A DNA stretch of 57,852 nt, filler included, from Sphacelaria rigidula (taxonomy: Eukaryota), in NCBI GenBank assembly GCA_964200075.2. It is 8 parts of 8 records of this genome, joined end to end, with 100 filler letters (N's around TTAATTAATTAA, not from the genome) between each part and the next. Parts side by side here need not be neighbours in the genome. Positions count along the whole stretch, not along the records: positions 36,223 to 43,366 come from CAXNAA020016276.1; positions 43,467 to 50,609 come from CAXNAA020016277.1; 6 more parts are not named here. One strand, 5' to 3'. Numbering within the stretch: the first letter of the stretch is position 1; every line of letters begins with the position of its first letter. The notes under the pieces were generated by a model that worked only from the letters and a program-made list of their open reading frames with translations, was not told where the DNA came from and made no database searches. The translations under genes and the position numbers were made by a program. This document shows, in pieces, positions 36,681 through 48,907 of this stretch.

Positions 36681-37036
36681 CTAGATTCGGGTTCTACGGG
36701 TCAGGGGTAGCTTTTGGTGTACATGAGATTCGGATCGCACGGGTCGACGACAAGCTACTGCGCTTGCCTGACCCGAGTGACAAAAATCACAACTATGTGA
36801 TGTTGTACAGATGACACGGGTTTGCAGATCAGTTGTACACGAAAGTGTTTGTGTGAACCGAGTCGTACAGCTCATCGCTTGGCAAACATGTACGGGTCGA
36901 ACGGGTTCTACGGATCAGCATCAGAGAAACGTGTGCGGGGGACAGCTCATCTCGGACGGATCATGATCTATGCCCTAAATGAGCTGACCCGGATCTGTAA
37001 CAAGCTGATCCGTCCGACGTGTGAAACATTGCCCTA
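36681..37036. mobile_element. Possible hAT-like MITE rich in ACGGGTC/GACCCG motifs
   Basis: Many CGGGTC/CGGATC motifs and their complements; starts TAGA and ends GCCCTA. No TSD identified. Confidence 0.35.
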
Positions 37037-37050
37037 TTTTTCAACGACAG

Positions 37051-37198
37051 GTTTTTCAACGCACAGAGGCGCGTCCTGTCCAAAAGGAGAGGCAGACAGA
37101 AATCGATCTTCGCATTCGTGAGCTCGACAGGCGAGAAGAGACGACAGAATCTCTCCGCGGCTCGGTGTTTCGGGACATGGAAAATTTGGCACATGCTG
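37051..37198 (+). CDS. Candidate isolated exon encoding a coiled-coil-like peptide
   Basis: TTTTTCAACGACAG acceptor and GTAAGA donor. Encodes VFQRTEARPVQKERQTEIDLRIRELDRREETTESLRGSVFRDMENLAHA. No partner exons identified. Confidence 0.35.
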
Positions 37199-38699
37199 GT
37201 AAGATCGATGATGCCAGTCTCTCGAGAGTTTGGTAATCGCCGAGCGGGGACACACAAAGGACACGGGCGAGGAGCTTCCTCTCTGTCGTTGCTTCTCTCT
37301 CTGGTGATANNNNNNNNNCGCATTCGTTAGGTACACCTAGCCACAGCTGCTCAACTGCTGCGGACATTTGGGGGTGAAGATGGCTTCGCTCGGTCGCAAG
37401 TGTGTCGCGTCTTCCCTGCAGAAGAGAAATACCACTTCAACCCCATATTTTGTATCAACCCCATTTTCTAGGATCCACTGTTATTTCCTCCCGTTGTCCG
37501 GTCTTCCGTTCATCCGCCATTTGTAGACATGCCGTTAGTCAAGCCAAACGACGCCCACAATACTACACCGGGAAAAGTTGTTTTTGTGGGTCTTGCTCTT
37601 TCTGGCCACGCCGTTTCACTGCCCTCGTGCCTTCCCTACTGACAGCGCACGCTCGCCACGAGTATATGCCCGCCAAAGTGTTCAGTGCGGCACTCAAAAT
37701 GAACAGGATCCTCAACAGATGTCTGCCGAGAGTCCACCATATCATTCGTAGCCTGGCCTGGCAAAGACTCGCCTGTATGCCCTCTTGGGGAAGATCCGCA
37801 CCATCCTGGTGCGTAGACATGCCTGCTGCGAGGGTACGGCGAGAGAAGGCCTGCCATTTTTCCATCGATCCCCGTAGTCTGTCTTCTCATCACACAGCCA
37901 TGGAACGTATGCTACATCATTCTAGCTCGTGGGGCATGATGACAGCAGCATGAGACCGTATCGAAGCTCTCATAGGGATATCCTGGCAGCGGTATAGTGG
38001 AAGATTGTCGAGGGGTTCGTTGTGCTACCGCATCCATAATGCTTTTTGGTAACTATGAAACGACCAAGGTTCGGTTCATAACGATGTTTCCGTGTTCAGG
38101 TTACCATCACTCAACACGGTGAACGTTCGTCACCAAAAATTGGGAATTGAGAGAAATTAGTACCCCGGACGAATTCCGGAGGGGAAGTTGCCTCCACCTT
38201 GAACGTCGCATGGTTACGGGCTAACCCGTCGCCGGGGGTCCTACGAGTCCAGAACCCCAGGGCCCGGCTCTGTGATACATTCGCTCGGTCGAATACTCGT
38301 CCGCACCTGATGTCTGTGACTTTGAGCTCGTTAATGGCTTACCTCCAAGAAACCGTATTTTTGGGCCGAAGCAAGGGTAATGACACTCCCCACGAAAACG
38401 GTTTATTTCCCCGCGTATAACCCCCACAACACCAACCCCAGAAGTATTTTTTGTGAGCGGCTTGTTTCTTCGACCAAATGTTTATCGATTCTGGGACTTT
38501 CAAGTGGAAAATGAAAGTAGTATGCGAAAATTTGCTGGTTAAGTGAGTTTTCAGTTTGAACGATGAACTACTGCAATCGTCATGCTTAGAGGAAGAATAC
38601 ACTACGGGAGAGTCGCGAAGGGTGAAAACCTAAACCGAAGAAAGCGAAACACCAGAGAGTGCCCATCCAAACGCATGCAGTACCGCGCAGTCGGCGGCG

Positions 38700-39470
38700 A
38701 ACGATGCACGCATATTCGTCGACACGTCCCTCCATTTCTCCACCTCTCTCTCCTTGCGCCCTGTCCCGCCAGTAGCTTTCTCCCTCGCCGCTCATGCCAC
38801 TATGATCTGTGTCGCTCCGTGGTCTACTTGGCCGTGCATTGGATTTCGTTTCCGACAATTCTTGCCCAGTTTCAGGGCCGATCACGACTTTTCCGGGTTG
38901 TTGCTAGGGCTCTGGTCCGCCAGTTCTTTCCCGTACTCCCTTCGTGCTTCGTTCACCTCGTCCAAGGCCCCGTCCGTTATCCTCTTGGGTCAGGGGTCGC
39001 TGTCCGGACGTACGACTCACCCGGGGAACAAGAATCGTCGTCTCCGGACCGTCGTTCCCATGCTCTCGTATCCCTTCTTCCCGACAGCAATTATTCGTGG
39101 GTTCGCGGAATTCGTCGAATACACCGCCTAACAAGTCAACGGTTGGTCATGCGCAATTTGCCGTTTCTGGTCTGCTTCAGCGTCCATGTTGGGGAGCCGT
39201 AAAGTACGATGTCGAGCACTTCGTGTTTCAACATTGAGCTTCTTGGGTACAACCGTCCGGTCGATGTTCTTCTGCAGCGAAGCATCCAACCGAAGTTCCT
39301 TCCTCTCTCTCCACCACGCGAGCCGGATCCAGCGTTTGAGTGCGGCGGTTATGTCTACTTTCGATGGGCATTCCCAGGTACACGAAGTAATCTCTTTAGG
39401 CATATTGTTTGTTGCCCTACTGCCCCTCGCGTTCGCTGTCCTGATATGTTGCCCTCTTTCGGTCACGGTA
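38700..39470 (-). mobile_element. Degenerate RTE-like LINE, C-terminal part of the reverse transcriptase ORF
   Basis: VDITAALKRWIRLAW ... KKGYESMGTTVRRRRFLFPG*VVRPDSDP*PKRITDGAL, resembling the RTE-clade ESI...RRRRLxFxGxVxR....RLPKxxxxGxL motif. Confidence 0.75.
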
Positions 39471-40399
39471 CAGACATGCGAGTGGTCTCCGTGCGCTGTC
39501 GCTTCTCCTCACCAGCCTTCGTCGCTCCGGGTTGCTGCCTCATTGTATCCGCCGCCCGACGATATTGTCCTCTCGTTTTACCTTCTTTTCCCGCCCTCCT
39601 CCCTCCCTCTCTTTCCGGTCCGTGGTCTCACAATTTCGTTGTCCACCGTTTGGTTTCAAAAGATCGTCCTTTTTGCCGTGCTCAGAACGGCGGTGGAAAT
39701 GGTGCTCAATGGCAGCGACACCAGCACGAACCCTCACCAGAGCCGTCTCGAAGACGGCTCAGTCCACCCTGTAGGAACGATGCTCCGTCTCGAAAGGGAT
39801 GCGTGGTCAATGGTCAAATGACTAAGGCAAGCAACAAATGAGTACGCCCCCCCCCCCCTTCTCCCTCCCCTATCGTTGGGTTATTCTGCACGTTTGTGAT
39901 GCCCTGGGGAGGCGGTTTGAAACTTGCGTACAACGCCTCTCTGCCTGCTATACCCTGGGTGGACTGAGCCGTCTTCGGCATGTTGCGGCTGCCCAGCTAA
40001 AGCAGAAGTGGAGGCCTCGAGACCCTTGCGCGCATCAGTGAATTATGTTGTTCGATGAGAATATTGACCGGGTTTCGTTTGTGTTAGATTCCAATATTTG
40101 CGTCGAGAATGATCGGACCCCATCCTCGAGTCTAATACATGTCGAAAATGATCAACGCTTGCGTAACTGATCCCTGTTGCGCGTGGAAATATTCTCTCCC
40201 TTGATTACAGTCTGGCGGGAGAAGTATTCGATGTTCCTATCTCGGAAATACGCGATGCTGATGGTGCTCGGGACGTTCATATACATGCTTTTGGGCTCGC
40301 TTACGGTGCAGCTTGTTGTTAAGGAGGTCTATGGGTAAGTATATCACGGCTATCGAAATTTCTTCAAAGATATAGCAGCGATACGTCTACATGGGAGGG

Positions 40400-40851
40400 C
40401 ACATTTGTTCTACCTATTTCCCATTTTGTAGGCTCGTTCTTGAATTCTATCATACCATTTGGCCCTTGTCGCGTCGTCTTGCCATGCCTCACATTGTCTT
40501 GTATTGTCTTGCCTTTCTTTGCACGGTGGTGATTTGTTCGGTATGCCGACCTATCTCGTTTCCCTGTTTTCGCCTCTTGGCCTTTTGTGGCCCGCACACC
40601 ATGTAGCGGATTACGGTTTCTTTACTTAGTTCGATCTTTCGAGTCGTATGTATATCATTGTGTATCTTTGTCGCTGACATATTTGTAGGACCTCGCCCTC
40701 CGGAGCGCCGTGTTGTTTCGTGTTCGTGGGCGTACTATTTTTGTTTTTTTCGTGTATCTTGTATTTTGGGTCATGAATTTGTGACCACTGGCGCTAGATT
40801 CTGGAACGGGCTAATGTAATAAACAACGGCAACAACAACAACTACAACAAC
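40400..40851 (+). mobile_element. LINE 3' UTR and end with (CAA)n tail
   Basis: T-rich tract, then TGTGACCACTGGCGCTAGATTCTGGAACGGGCTAATGTAATAAA followed by CAA repeats. Confidence 0.6.
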
Positions 40852-41236
40852 ATGCGAGGACGTTATTTAGTAGGATTACAGAGACATTCCAGCATTTCAA
40901 GCACATGCTTCTCTTGTCTCAATTCAAACGGTCGACTGCGCAGAACAACGGTGGTATCCCAAAGCTGGTGCGTGAGTATCGAGGAAAAATCCAAACGCTT
41001 CCTGAACACTTTCGTAGCTTTTGACGTCGAGTTGAAAAAAGGGTTCATGTGTTCCCCCGGGAGGCTTGAGAACTTCCCATTCCCGATGTGGCTTCAAGCC
41101 GTCGGTAACATGCCTGGCTGAGGACTCGAGAATGAGGGGTCGTCACAACACCCACAACCTCATCCACACAAGCTAATGCAGGGGCGCCTGTGCGTATCAC
41201 TTGCTTATACACCACCATAGTATTGACAGGTAGAAA

Positions 41237-42050
41237 CTACACACGTCGATGCGTTGCTGAGGATTGACCTCGACACCTATAACACGCCTCATGGTATGCC
41301 CTATTTTGTATACTATTCAAAATCGAATATCGTCGAGAGGAATACCTCAACACAGCCCAGGGTCCGTAGACAGCACACCCGCGATCCCGAAGGGGACGAA
41401 GAATGGGGTTCGCAAGAGTGAAGGCTCGATACAAGACACGAGAATGAAGGGCCATGACATCGGACGTTTGCCCCACTAGCGATGACGGGCGGTGCCATTC
41501 TCCGCAATAGACGATGAGGTATGGGCGTCGTTGAGACGTGTTCATATCCAGACCATTTTCTTGCTTCTTTATGCGTACATTCGGAACCCTATATTCGCCC
41601 CTTCTCGTGTGTTCTTTATTACCAGGAAAAACCCAACAAGGACGTGTATTGCTCTCGGGGACTTGTGGCTCTATGTTCCTACGGTGTCTTTCACCATGGG
41701 AACGTCGTCGAAGTTGTTTTTGGAGCTGTATCGGGTGCAAGATCGGATTCACATGTCCAAGGAGATATCTCACATCGCCGTTTCCTGGATCCTGAGCTCA
41801 GGCATGGTTTTACAATACCAAACTGCCGTTCTAACGTAGAATGTCGAAAAAGGAACATGTATTTCATAAAGTACGAGTAAATTTCTGATGGAACCCGCGT
41901 GGACACATCTTATATGTTTTTGTATAGACCATGCTTGAGGTCAGGTCAACGTTGTGAATCTACGTTTCGTAGAGGAAGTATCATCAGCATATGTCATTAG
42001 GCAACGAAATACAAGGTAGAGGAGTCGGGGAGGGTCGGGTGTTGGGGTAT
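41237..42050 (-). pseudogene. Highly degenerate Ty3/Gypsy pol remnant (RT to RNase H)
   Basis: Motif remnants in the expected order across frames: CLMTYADD (YxDD), RYLLGHV (FLGH), EQYTSLLGFSW** (LRSFLGxxxYY), RRPYLIVYC (PFxxxCDAS), ALHSR, GPWAV. Confidence 0.55.
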
Positions 42051-43322
42051 CCTCCATTAGTCGCACGGTGCACGATGCCAGTGGTACCTGAGGTGCCGCG
42101 GCACGCCTCACGGGCATCTTACCAGGTCCCACCAACTTCAGCCTTGACCCTCACCGAATCGCCAACCCCTGGGCTGTCAGGCCGTCCAAACATTACTGTC
42201 GTCGCTGGTCGTCACGTTTTCCGACTCACGAGGTGTCATGCCACGTCCCGTTGGCACCTCTCAGGAACCACTGACCCCACATACACCATCATGGATGGGT
42301 GTGTAGAAGCACCAGTCTTCAGTAGTAGTGGCAGTGGTAGTAGCAGCAGCTAGTGGTTGTGGTTGCACAATCAGTGGTACATCGAAGGACTGTTAGAGGT
42401 AGTGAGCAGAGTAGAAGGACGAAGAAGTCGTAGGAGTCACGCGGAATAGCATTGTGACATCTTTTGAGTCTCCCTCGAATTGTTGTTCGCCTTCTCCGTC
42501 CATTCTCAACAAACTCGCGTACATTTTGCCGCCCGGTTTGCAGTTCCGTATTACGGGCATCTTATCCTGTCGCTATTCGGTTTGGTGGAACTCCCGCTGG
42601 AGCACAATTACGGTCTATCTGTCTGCATTTTCTTCACCCAGGTGTCCACGTGAGAAGTCTTGCTCTTGGTAAAGCGAATAGTGCCGTTGTAAGGGTCGTC
42701 GTCTGTTCGCACTTTTCGTGTCATTTTCAGAGCGAGCCAAGCGCCCCGGCAGACGTGGCCGTCGCTGGCTCCTAGAATAGTGTGAGTGAGAAGATTACTT
42801 CGGTCGGGTTAATACCTTACGATGTCCCCTGCGATGCGAACGGGGGTCCCAACTTCCATCCGCATTCGGACCTCCTCGCATCAGAAGGTAGTTACGCAGT
42901 GTTTTGCCCATCCTTAACATCGCAATGTCTCCACCAACTCTAGGCATACTCTGGTCCAAGGCAGAACCGCCGTTGGCACGAGTCGAAATGTTGACACAAA
43001 CCGCTGTGTGGGCGATATCTAGCCACACGGCAGGTCATACCAAACTGCCTGACATTTGTCGGCGTCACGCGTACTCAAGGAAACCTGCCGTAGCAATCCA
43101 GCTTAGCACTCTGGCGGTGAAAAGCTAAAATGTTTTAGGCACGATATGGCAGAAGAGTTCTGGCAAGACACGAAGCTACCACGCTGTTCATGGGGTTACA
43201 TGGAATGGAGTGGCACACATTCGCCGACAAAACGCTCCGTGAAAGTTTGAAACATTGACGTCAGTGTGCCATGACACGCGAAATACCGGATAACAACAAA
43301 TTGTGCGAATTTTTTTTTTTTT

Positions 43323-43363
43323 ATGATACGGCGCCCACCGATATCTACGCTCTTTCCCCACAC
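43323..43363 (+). other. Illumina P5 adapter remnant (assembly contamination)
   Basis: ATGATACGGCGCCCACCGATATCTACGCTCTTTCCCCACAC versus the adapter AATGATACGGCGACCACCGAGATCTACACTCTTTCCCTACAC; preceded by poly-T and at the scaffold end. Confidence 0.9.
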
Positions 43364-43840
43364 TTTNNNNNNNNNNNNNNNNNNNNNNNNNNNNNNNNNN
43401 NNNNNNNNNNTTAATTAATTAANNNNNNNNNNNNNNNNNNNNNNNNNNNNNNNNNNNNNNNNNNNNGCCTCGTTTTTCGTGCAACCAAATCTCCCCCCCC
43501 CCCTATCGTAGGATGACTCATGCGCATTTGCGGTAGCTAATCCCCCATCCACCCACCCTCGCTCATAAACCGTATTCGGGAACAACGAAAAAGGCCACCG
43601 ATGAATTAATTTTCCTGCATGCTTCGAGGTGAACCGCATGAATCACCAGGAGATCGATAAGCACAACCTACAACACCGTGACTACGGTATTCTACCTTTT
43701 CCCCCCGAAGAACCGATCAGGTGCACTCATCAGCTAGGGTCCTCTGAACTTCCTGTTCAACAGCCCTTCCGCATATCATGAAGTGTCTAGCTCTCAGTCC
43801 CGTCGTACAAGGATAGTCTGTATATAACAGCTGCTGTCAC

Positions 43841-44998
43841 ATGGAGCGAAGAGGGGTATCGACTGCGTTCGATTTGCTATCCGATGACATGGTGCACCAT
43901 TTGCGGACTCTCGTCGACTTTGGCCCTGTAAGTACGGGCGATGCGGATTCTCAAGTTCAAGCCCTTTGCCATGTGAACTCTTGCAAACGTATTTTGCAGA
44001 AGAAGCAAGACCTCCTGGAGCGGAGAATACGGGTGGACAAAGTCACGCAGTCCCTTGTAAGAAAGGCACATCCTGAAGATGGAGGTGGAGTCGGCACCAC
44101 GTTTTAGGCCAGCGGCGATGAAGACTGTTACATGAATGCCGTTGCGGCGGTCATTCTTAATCAAGGAGGGAGGGATGACCGTAGGAACGCTATATTGCGA
44201 AAGAAGCTGAGACTTGCCATAATGGTGACAGGGATGAGGTACTTGAAGATTCCTGGGTGATCAGTATGACTTCTTCCGTCCCTGGCGCAGCTGCGTCGAC
44301 GAGATCAGGGACGGCTCGAAGGGTTCGGGATGCGTCGTGTCTCCCGGTGCAAAGGACGACTTACCTGTCGAGTCAGGAGACCACGTACGGCTGATGGTCG
44401 TGCGGAAGCTGTGGCATATGTCTGCGCCGGGGCTGTACACACAACAATTCGCGTTCCCCACCATGTCTACCATGCTCGGAGGTCCTCTGAGGGCCTTCAA
44501 ACCAGGTGAGGACGTCCCAAACTTCGGTGAAAAAGCTCCACCGGTGAACGTGAAACAGCCGAACATTATCGGTGTGAACAAAATAGACTGCTTTTTTCCG
44601 AGTGCAGCCATTCTATCTGCTCGCTATGTAGAAGATATGGATGACCCGCAGTGGTTCAACGTGGCCGAACGAACTGTTTGCGGAAGAACTTGTGTTTAAT
44701 AAAGACTAAGCTCCTACGTTTCACAAGCAATATGATGTGAACACGGGTAGACAGCCGCAAATGTACGTCGAGTATTCGGGTTTTACAGGATTGGGTGTCC
44801 TCCACCACTAGGGTTGGTTTCGATGGTATTCGAACCGGGGGCGAAACGCAATTGAAGCTGCTCAACACACCACAAGCAATACCCTTGCTCTTGTCTCGTT
44901 GCTCTCGCCCCCCCAATGTTGTTCATCAGTCAGCACCTTCCAAGGAGTCATTGGATCAAGCTGAAAGCATATCCTCCATCATCCCGTCGCTCATGTGA
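43841..44998 (+). pseudogene. Decayed OTU-like (vertnin-type) cysteine protease gene, possibly transposon-borne
   Basis: Reading through TAG at 44105-44107 gives ASGDEDCYMNAVAAVILNQGG...AILRKKLRLAI (compare OTU GDGNCLFxAVxxxL...LR). Later comes LWHMSAPGLYTQQFAFPTMSTMLGGPLRAFKP (compare MxxxGxW/Y......xSxxLxxPIxxxxP). The catalytic His was not clearly found. Confidence 0.5.
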
Positions 44999-46873
44999 CC
45001 ATGACGATGGCCCGAGTGCCGATGTGCAAGTCGAGAACGAGCAACTACTCCCGAGAGTTAAAACCGAGAGTTTTATAGGAGTACGCTTCCTGAAAATATC
45101 AATTTTGCGTATCTTGCGTCGGATAGGGCAGCCTCGGCCGATGAACTTGCCGCGGCACGTTTCCACGCTGCCGCGGAACTGGCCCGCAAGGAGTCAGAAC
45201 AAGCGAGGATACGTGTGGACAACGACGTTTTGAAGGGCGACAAGGCGGATACCAAGAGCCTGAAGAGGCAGGCCCACAGGGCCACAAGCTCTAGTCACGT
45301 GTGGACGACAAATGTCAGGTATGATATCGCTTTCCAGCTTAGGCTTGGCTTGAGATGTTTCGTCAGCATCAGGAAGGCTCATATCTGACAACGTACGATT
45401 CTTGAAGTAACTCAACCTATCATACTCTATATCTGTCTCACCCCGCCAAGCTCCTCACATACTCCTGGTGGTGTCCGCAGGCGCACGAGACGTTCAGAAG
45501 CGCGAAGCTGACCTTAAGCGATTGACGGGCGCATATTTGGTGAGTTATGGGCGGATGTGCCCTGTTGTACTTGAGTTGTAACGTCACCCATCACCCGCCT
45601 GTTCGCCGCCGCTGTCTTCGGCTTGAAGCGCCGTTCTCATGGTTCATCTACTGACAGGTCTTGCTGAAGCCTCAGGCTGAGGCCGCCGTTGCGGAGGGCA
45701 CGTTATTTCCGACACGGCAGGTGAGGTCCTCAGCGCTGAGCCGTAGTGGGAAGCCATACCGAAGGCGTCCGGCATGATCACGTGGAGAAACGCTTCAGCG
45801 CATCTTCCCGCGGATGGAATTCAGCTAGTCCCAGTTTGTTGATTCCCCACCTTCATAGCTACCGGCACATATCCTATCCCGCGGTGTGCCAAACGTCAAA
45901 CCCAGGAGAAGGATGAGGCAGCGCCGACTCGAAAACTTGAGCTACGGCGGAAAAAGCAAGGGCATGCGCGACAGTACAGCGCGAGTGCACACCTTCGACA
46001 CCTGGCGACCTCGTCGGTTTCGGATCTAGCAACTTTGACTTGTCTTCTTACTTGCAACCTCTGCGGTGTGGACTGCCGTGCAAGCGCTGTCTCGCCGTAC
46101 ATGTTACACGATTAGGCAGGAAGTCGATTTCGAGCGGTGTTACCACAGATCATGCCTTCGTCGGTGCGTATGTGTACAACCGTTGGCGGAGCGTAGAAAA
46201 CCTGGTAGCATCATCAGGGCACGGCTAAAGCGGGGACGGATATCATGACAATGATGGCGGAGACGGTTAAGGACCCACGCTTGACGAGACGTCTTAGGAT
46301 GTGCACCTCTAGGAGCCAGTCGTGCCAAAGCAACATGTTAGGGCGGGAGCCGACCAACGACGAGTCTTCGCCAACATGATGGCGTGGAATGAACGAGGCA
46401 ATAGTGCCATCATCAGCTCCGTATCATCGCCGATCGAAGTTTCGGCGGCACACAAACCAGCGCGGGCGCACCTGGCAACCCTTACACATATGGCGAAGGG
46501 TATACCCGGGCCGGAAAACCCAGCACAAAGTCCCAAAGAAGGGTTACCCAAAAGGATGAAGTCGCAAACCGAAGTCTGCCGCATATCAGCGAGACACGAA
46601 TAAAGTGAACGGCAACGCGAAGGTGAAGAGGGGGAAAGAGCGGCGGACACCGAGTAGTACGTGGGTAGTTCCCCAGTCGCACAAATCGGCAGAGAGACTC
46701 AACGGAGGTGCCGGGAGTTCGTCGGGGGTAACGACCGAAGACCGACGCGCCCAGTGTTCCTTTATTGTGAAAGCATGAGACTATTGTGATATCATTGAAT
46801 TTCGAGCTGGTACTGCCGGGTGTTCTGCGGGAGCGTGGTCTTTACTGCGAAGTTTCGGAACTCTTGGTGCTGT

Positions 46874-47086
46874 GTGTACTGCGTGAGAGGACCGCGTGCG
46901 TAGGGGACCGCATCTGAATTTGAACATCCCTATGGTTGGGGTTAGGGTTAGGGTTAGTGTTGGGGTTAGGGTCAGGGGCGTGGTTCCTGCAGGAACTGGC
47001 TCGATTGGTTTCGGAAAACGTCGGTCCTGGGGTGTTTCGGACTACGGCGCGGTCCTCTAAGAACGCGGTCCTCTCACGCATTACAC
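46874..47086. mobile_element. 213-bp MITE with ~38-bp TIRs and internal TTAGGG-like repeats
   Basis: GTGTACTGCGTGAGAGGACCGCGTGCGTAGGGGACCGC versus the reverse complement of the right end GTGTAATGCGTGAGAGGACCGCGTTCTTAGAGGACCGC. GGGTTA units at ~46934-46975. Confidence 0.8.
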
Positions 47087-48521
47087 CGTCACGCCAGAAA
47101 AAGTGTATGTATCACTCGCCGTTCACAGATTGAATTGCAAACCCGACAACACTTATTCCCAGCTATAATACCACCACAATAACCCTGCAGCAAAGAGTTG
47201 GGCACAGGGATATAGATACACACTGCAGTAGTTGGGCATGATGTATGTCTTGTTGGTGGAAGTTTGAACTTGAGCGGCGGGGTATGGTGCGAGCAACAAC
47301 CGGCGGCGGTTTACTGCATACACACCCATGGACAGTGCAGGCAGACAAAGCTGCACACACTGTTCAAGTCCTTTTCATGTCGCACTGTGAGTAGAAAACA
47401 TACATATAGTCCTGCGCTGTCTGTACTGTGCTTTGTCCGCTTCCCTTTCACGTCCTATTGACTGCAGCGGTGAGCACGCTGCAAGAACGAGCATCGTGTA
47501 TATGTTACGGCGGATATCGACTGTATGTGTAGTAGGCGTTTTGCAGTACACGTGGCAAGTGCACTAGGTCTTATTCCATTCGTATGTTGATGTTGTATTA
47601 CAATCGGGCGTCCTTGACCGGAGCCCACCGCCCTCACAACTTCCAGCACCCAGCAACTCTCGTTTAGCTACCTAGCTAGGACTAATTGATAACAGCTATC
47701 AGCCCCCACTTGGAGACATCTCCCTTGCAAGTAAGTCAAGAGCACCTCTTCTGCACGTGAAAGTGAGTCCCTGCTTGGCCTTGCGATGCAGTGCTTATCG
47801 GACTCGATGGTCTGTTATTCACGAGCTCAAGTGCCATTCCTCTCGACTGCGATTGTTCAATGTGGCCAGCCCCTGACCTTGTGTCACCCCGGGCCGGGCG
47901 TGTGCTTTGAGAGTGACGCCAGTATCACCTCGTGATCAGACCACGACATATACTCAGTGGCTGATGGTATATAACACCCCCATGCATCCAAAGATACAGG
48001 CATCCACTTTGTTTAGCCACACGTGGCGCATATGCCGCGCTAACTCTGCAGTATATTGCACAGCACGTATATAAGCACGATATGGTGCTGTCCTACACGG
48101 TATTGTACTGTTCAGTACAGCATCAAACCATGCTTATTGTTGTGATGGTCATATCGCCATCAACGTATAGGATAAACCGCGATCAAAATGTTTCGCGTGT
48201 TCACCCGAAAAAATGCTTCACTTTGGTGTTCGAATGGTGAACACGGGACTACGGAGTTGCCAAGCTTGTATGTTTAAATATGTGAGGTTCATACTGGAAG
48301 AACATCATGTAACCACAAGCTAAAGCTAGATAGCACGGCTGTGTGTACATACATTCGCAATCGGTGTAAGGGATTTGAAAACAGTCGACGCTGATGAAGA
48401 CTTTGATCCACTTGCCCAAGATATGAAATGGGGGGCAAGAGGATGAGTTCTCAACGACTTCTGCTGTCTCTCGACTCTCGTCCACCGATACCGTGGCGTA
48501 TGTGGGACTTGAATAGCAAAA

Positions 48522-48907
48522 AACACGGGATCTTACAAATTGGGGATGGGTCATTCATTGGGGATGAGAAACCCCGAGGATTAAAATCTTCGTATCCACA
48601 CCAAATATTTGAAATATGATCTCGATCACCGAAATGTTGGGGTCCTAGGTTAAAAAAACAGTTTTGTGGAATTCCGGGTGTCCGAGCGGACGCAAAAATG
48701 GTACCGAAAGGGTTTTTTCACCTAGGACCCCAACATTTCGGTGATCTAAATCCAAATTTCTATGGCTTGTAGCAGTTGTCGATAGCTATGAATAGGTGAA
48801 GAAATGGAACCATATATCGAATATTCGGTGCAGATACGAAGATTTTAATCCTCCGGGTTTCTCATCCCCATTAAATGACCCATCCCCAATTTGTAAGACC
48901 CCGTGTT
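48522..48907. mobile_element. Foldback MITE with two nested inverted repeats
   Basis: Outer arms ~48522-48617 / 48811-48907 (AACACGGG.TCTTACAAATTGGGGATGGGTCATT...). Inner arms ~48624-48657 / 48712-48746 (GATCACCGAAATGTTGGGGTCCTAGGT). Partial copy at 50557-50609. Confidence 0.85.
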
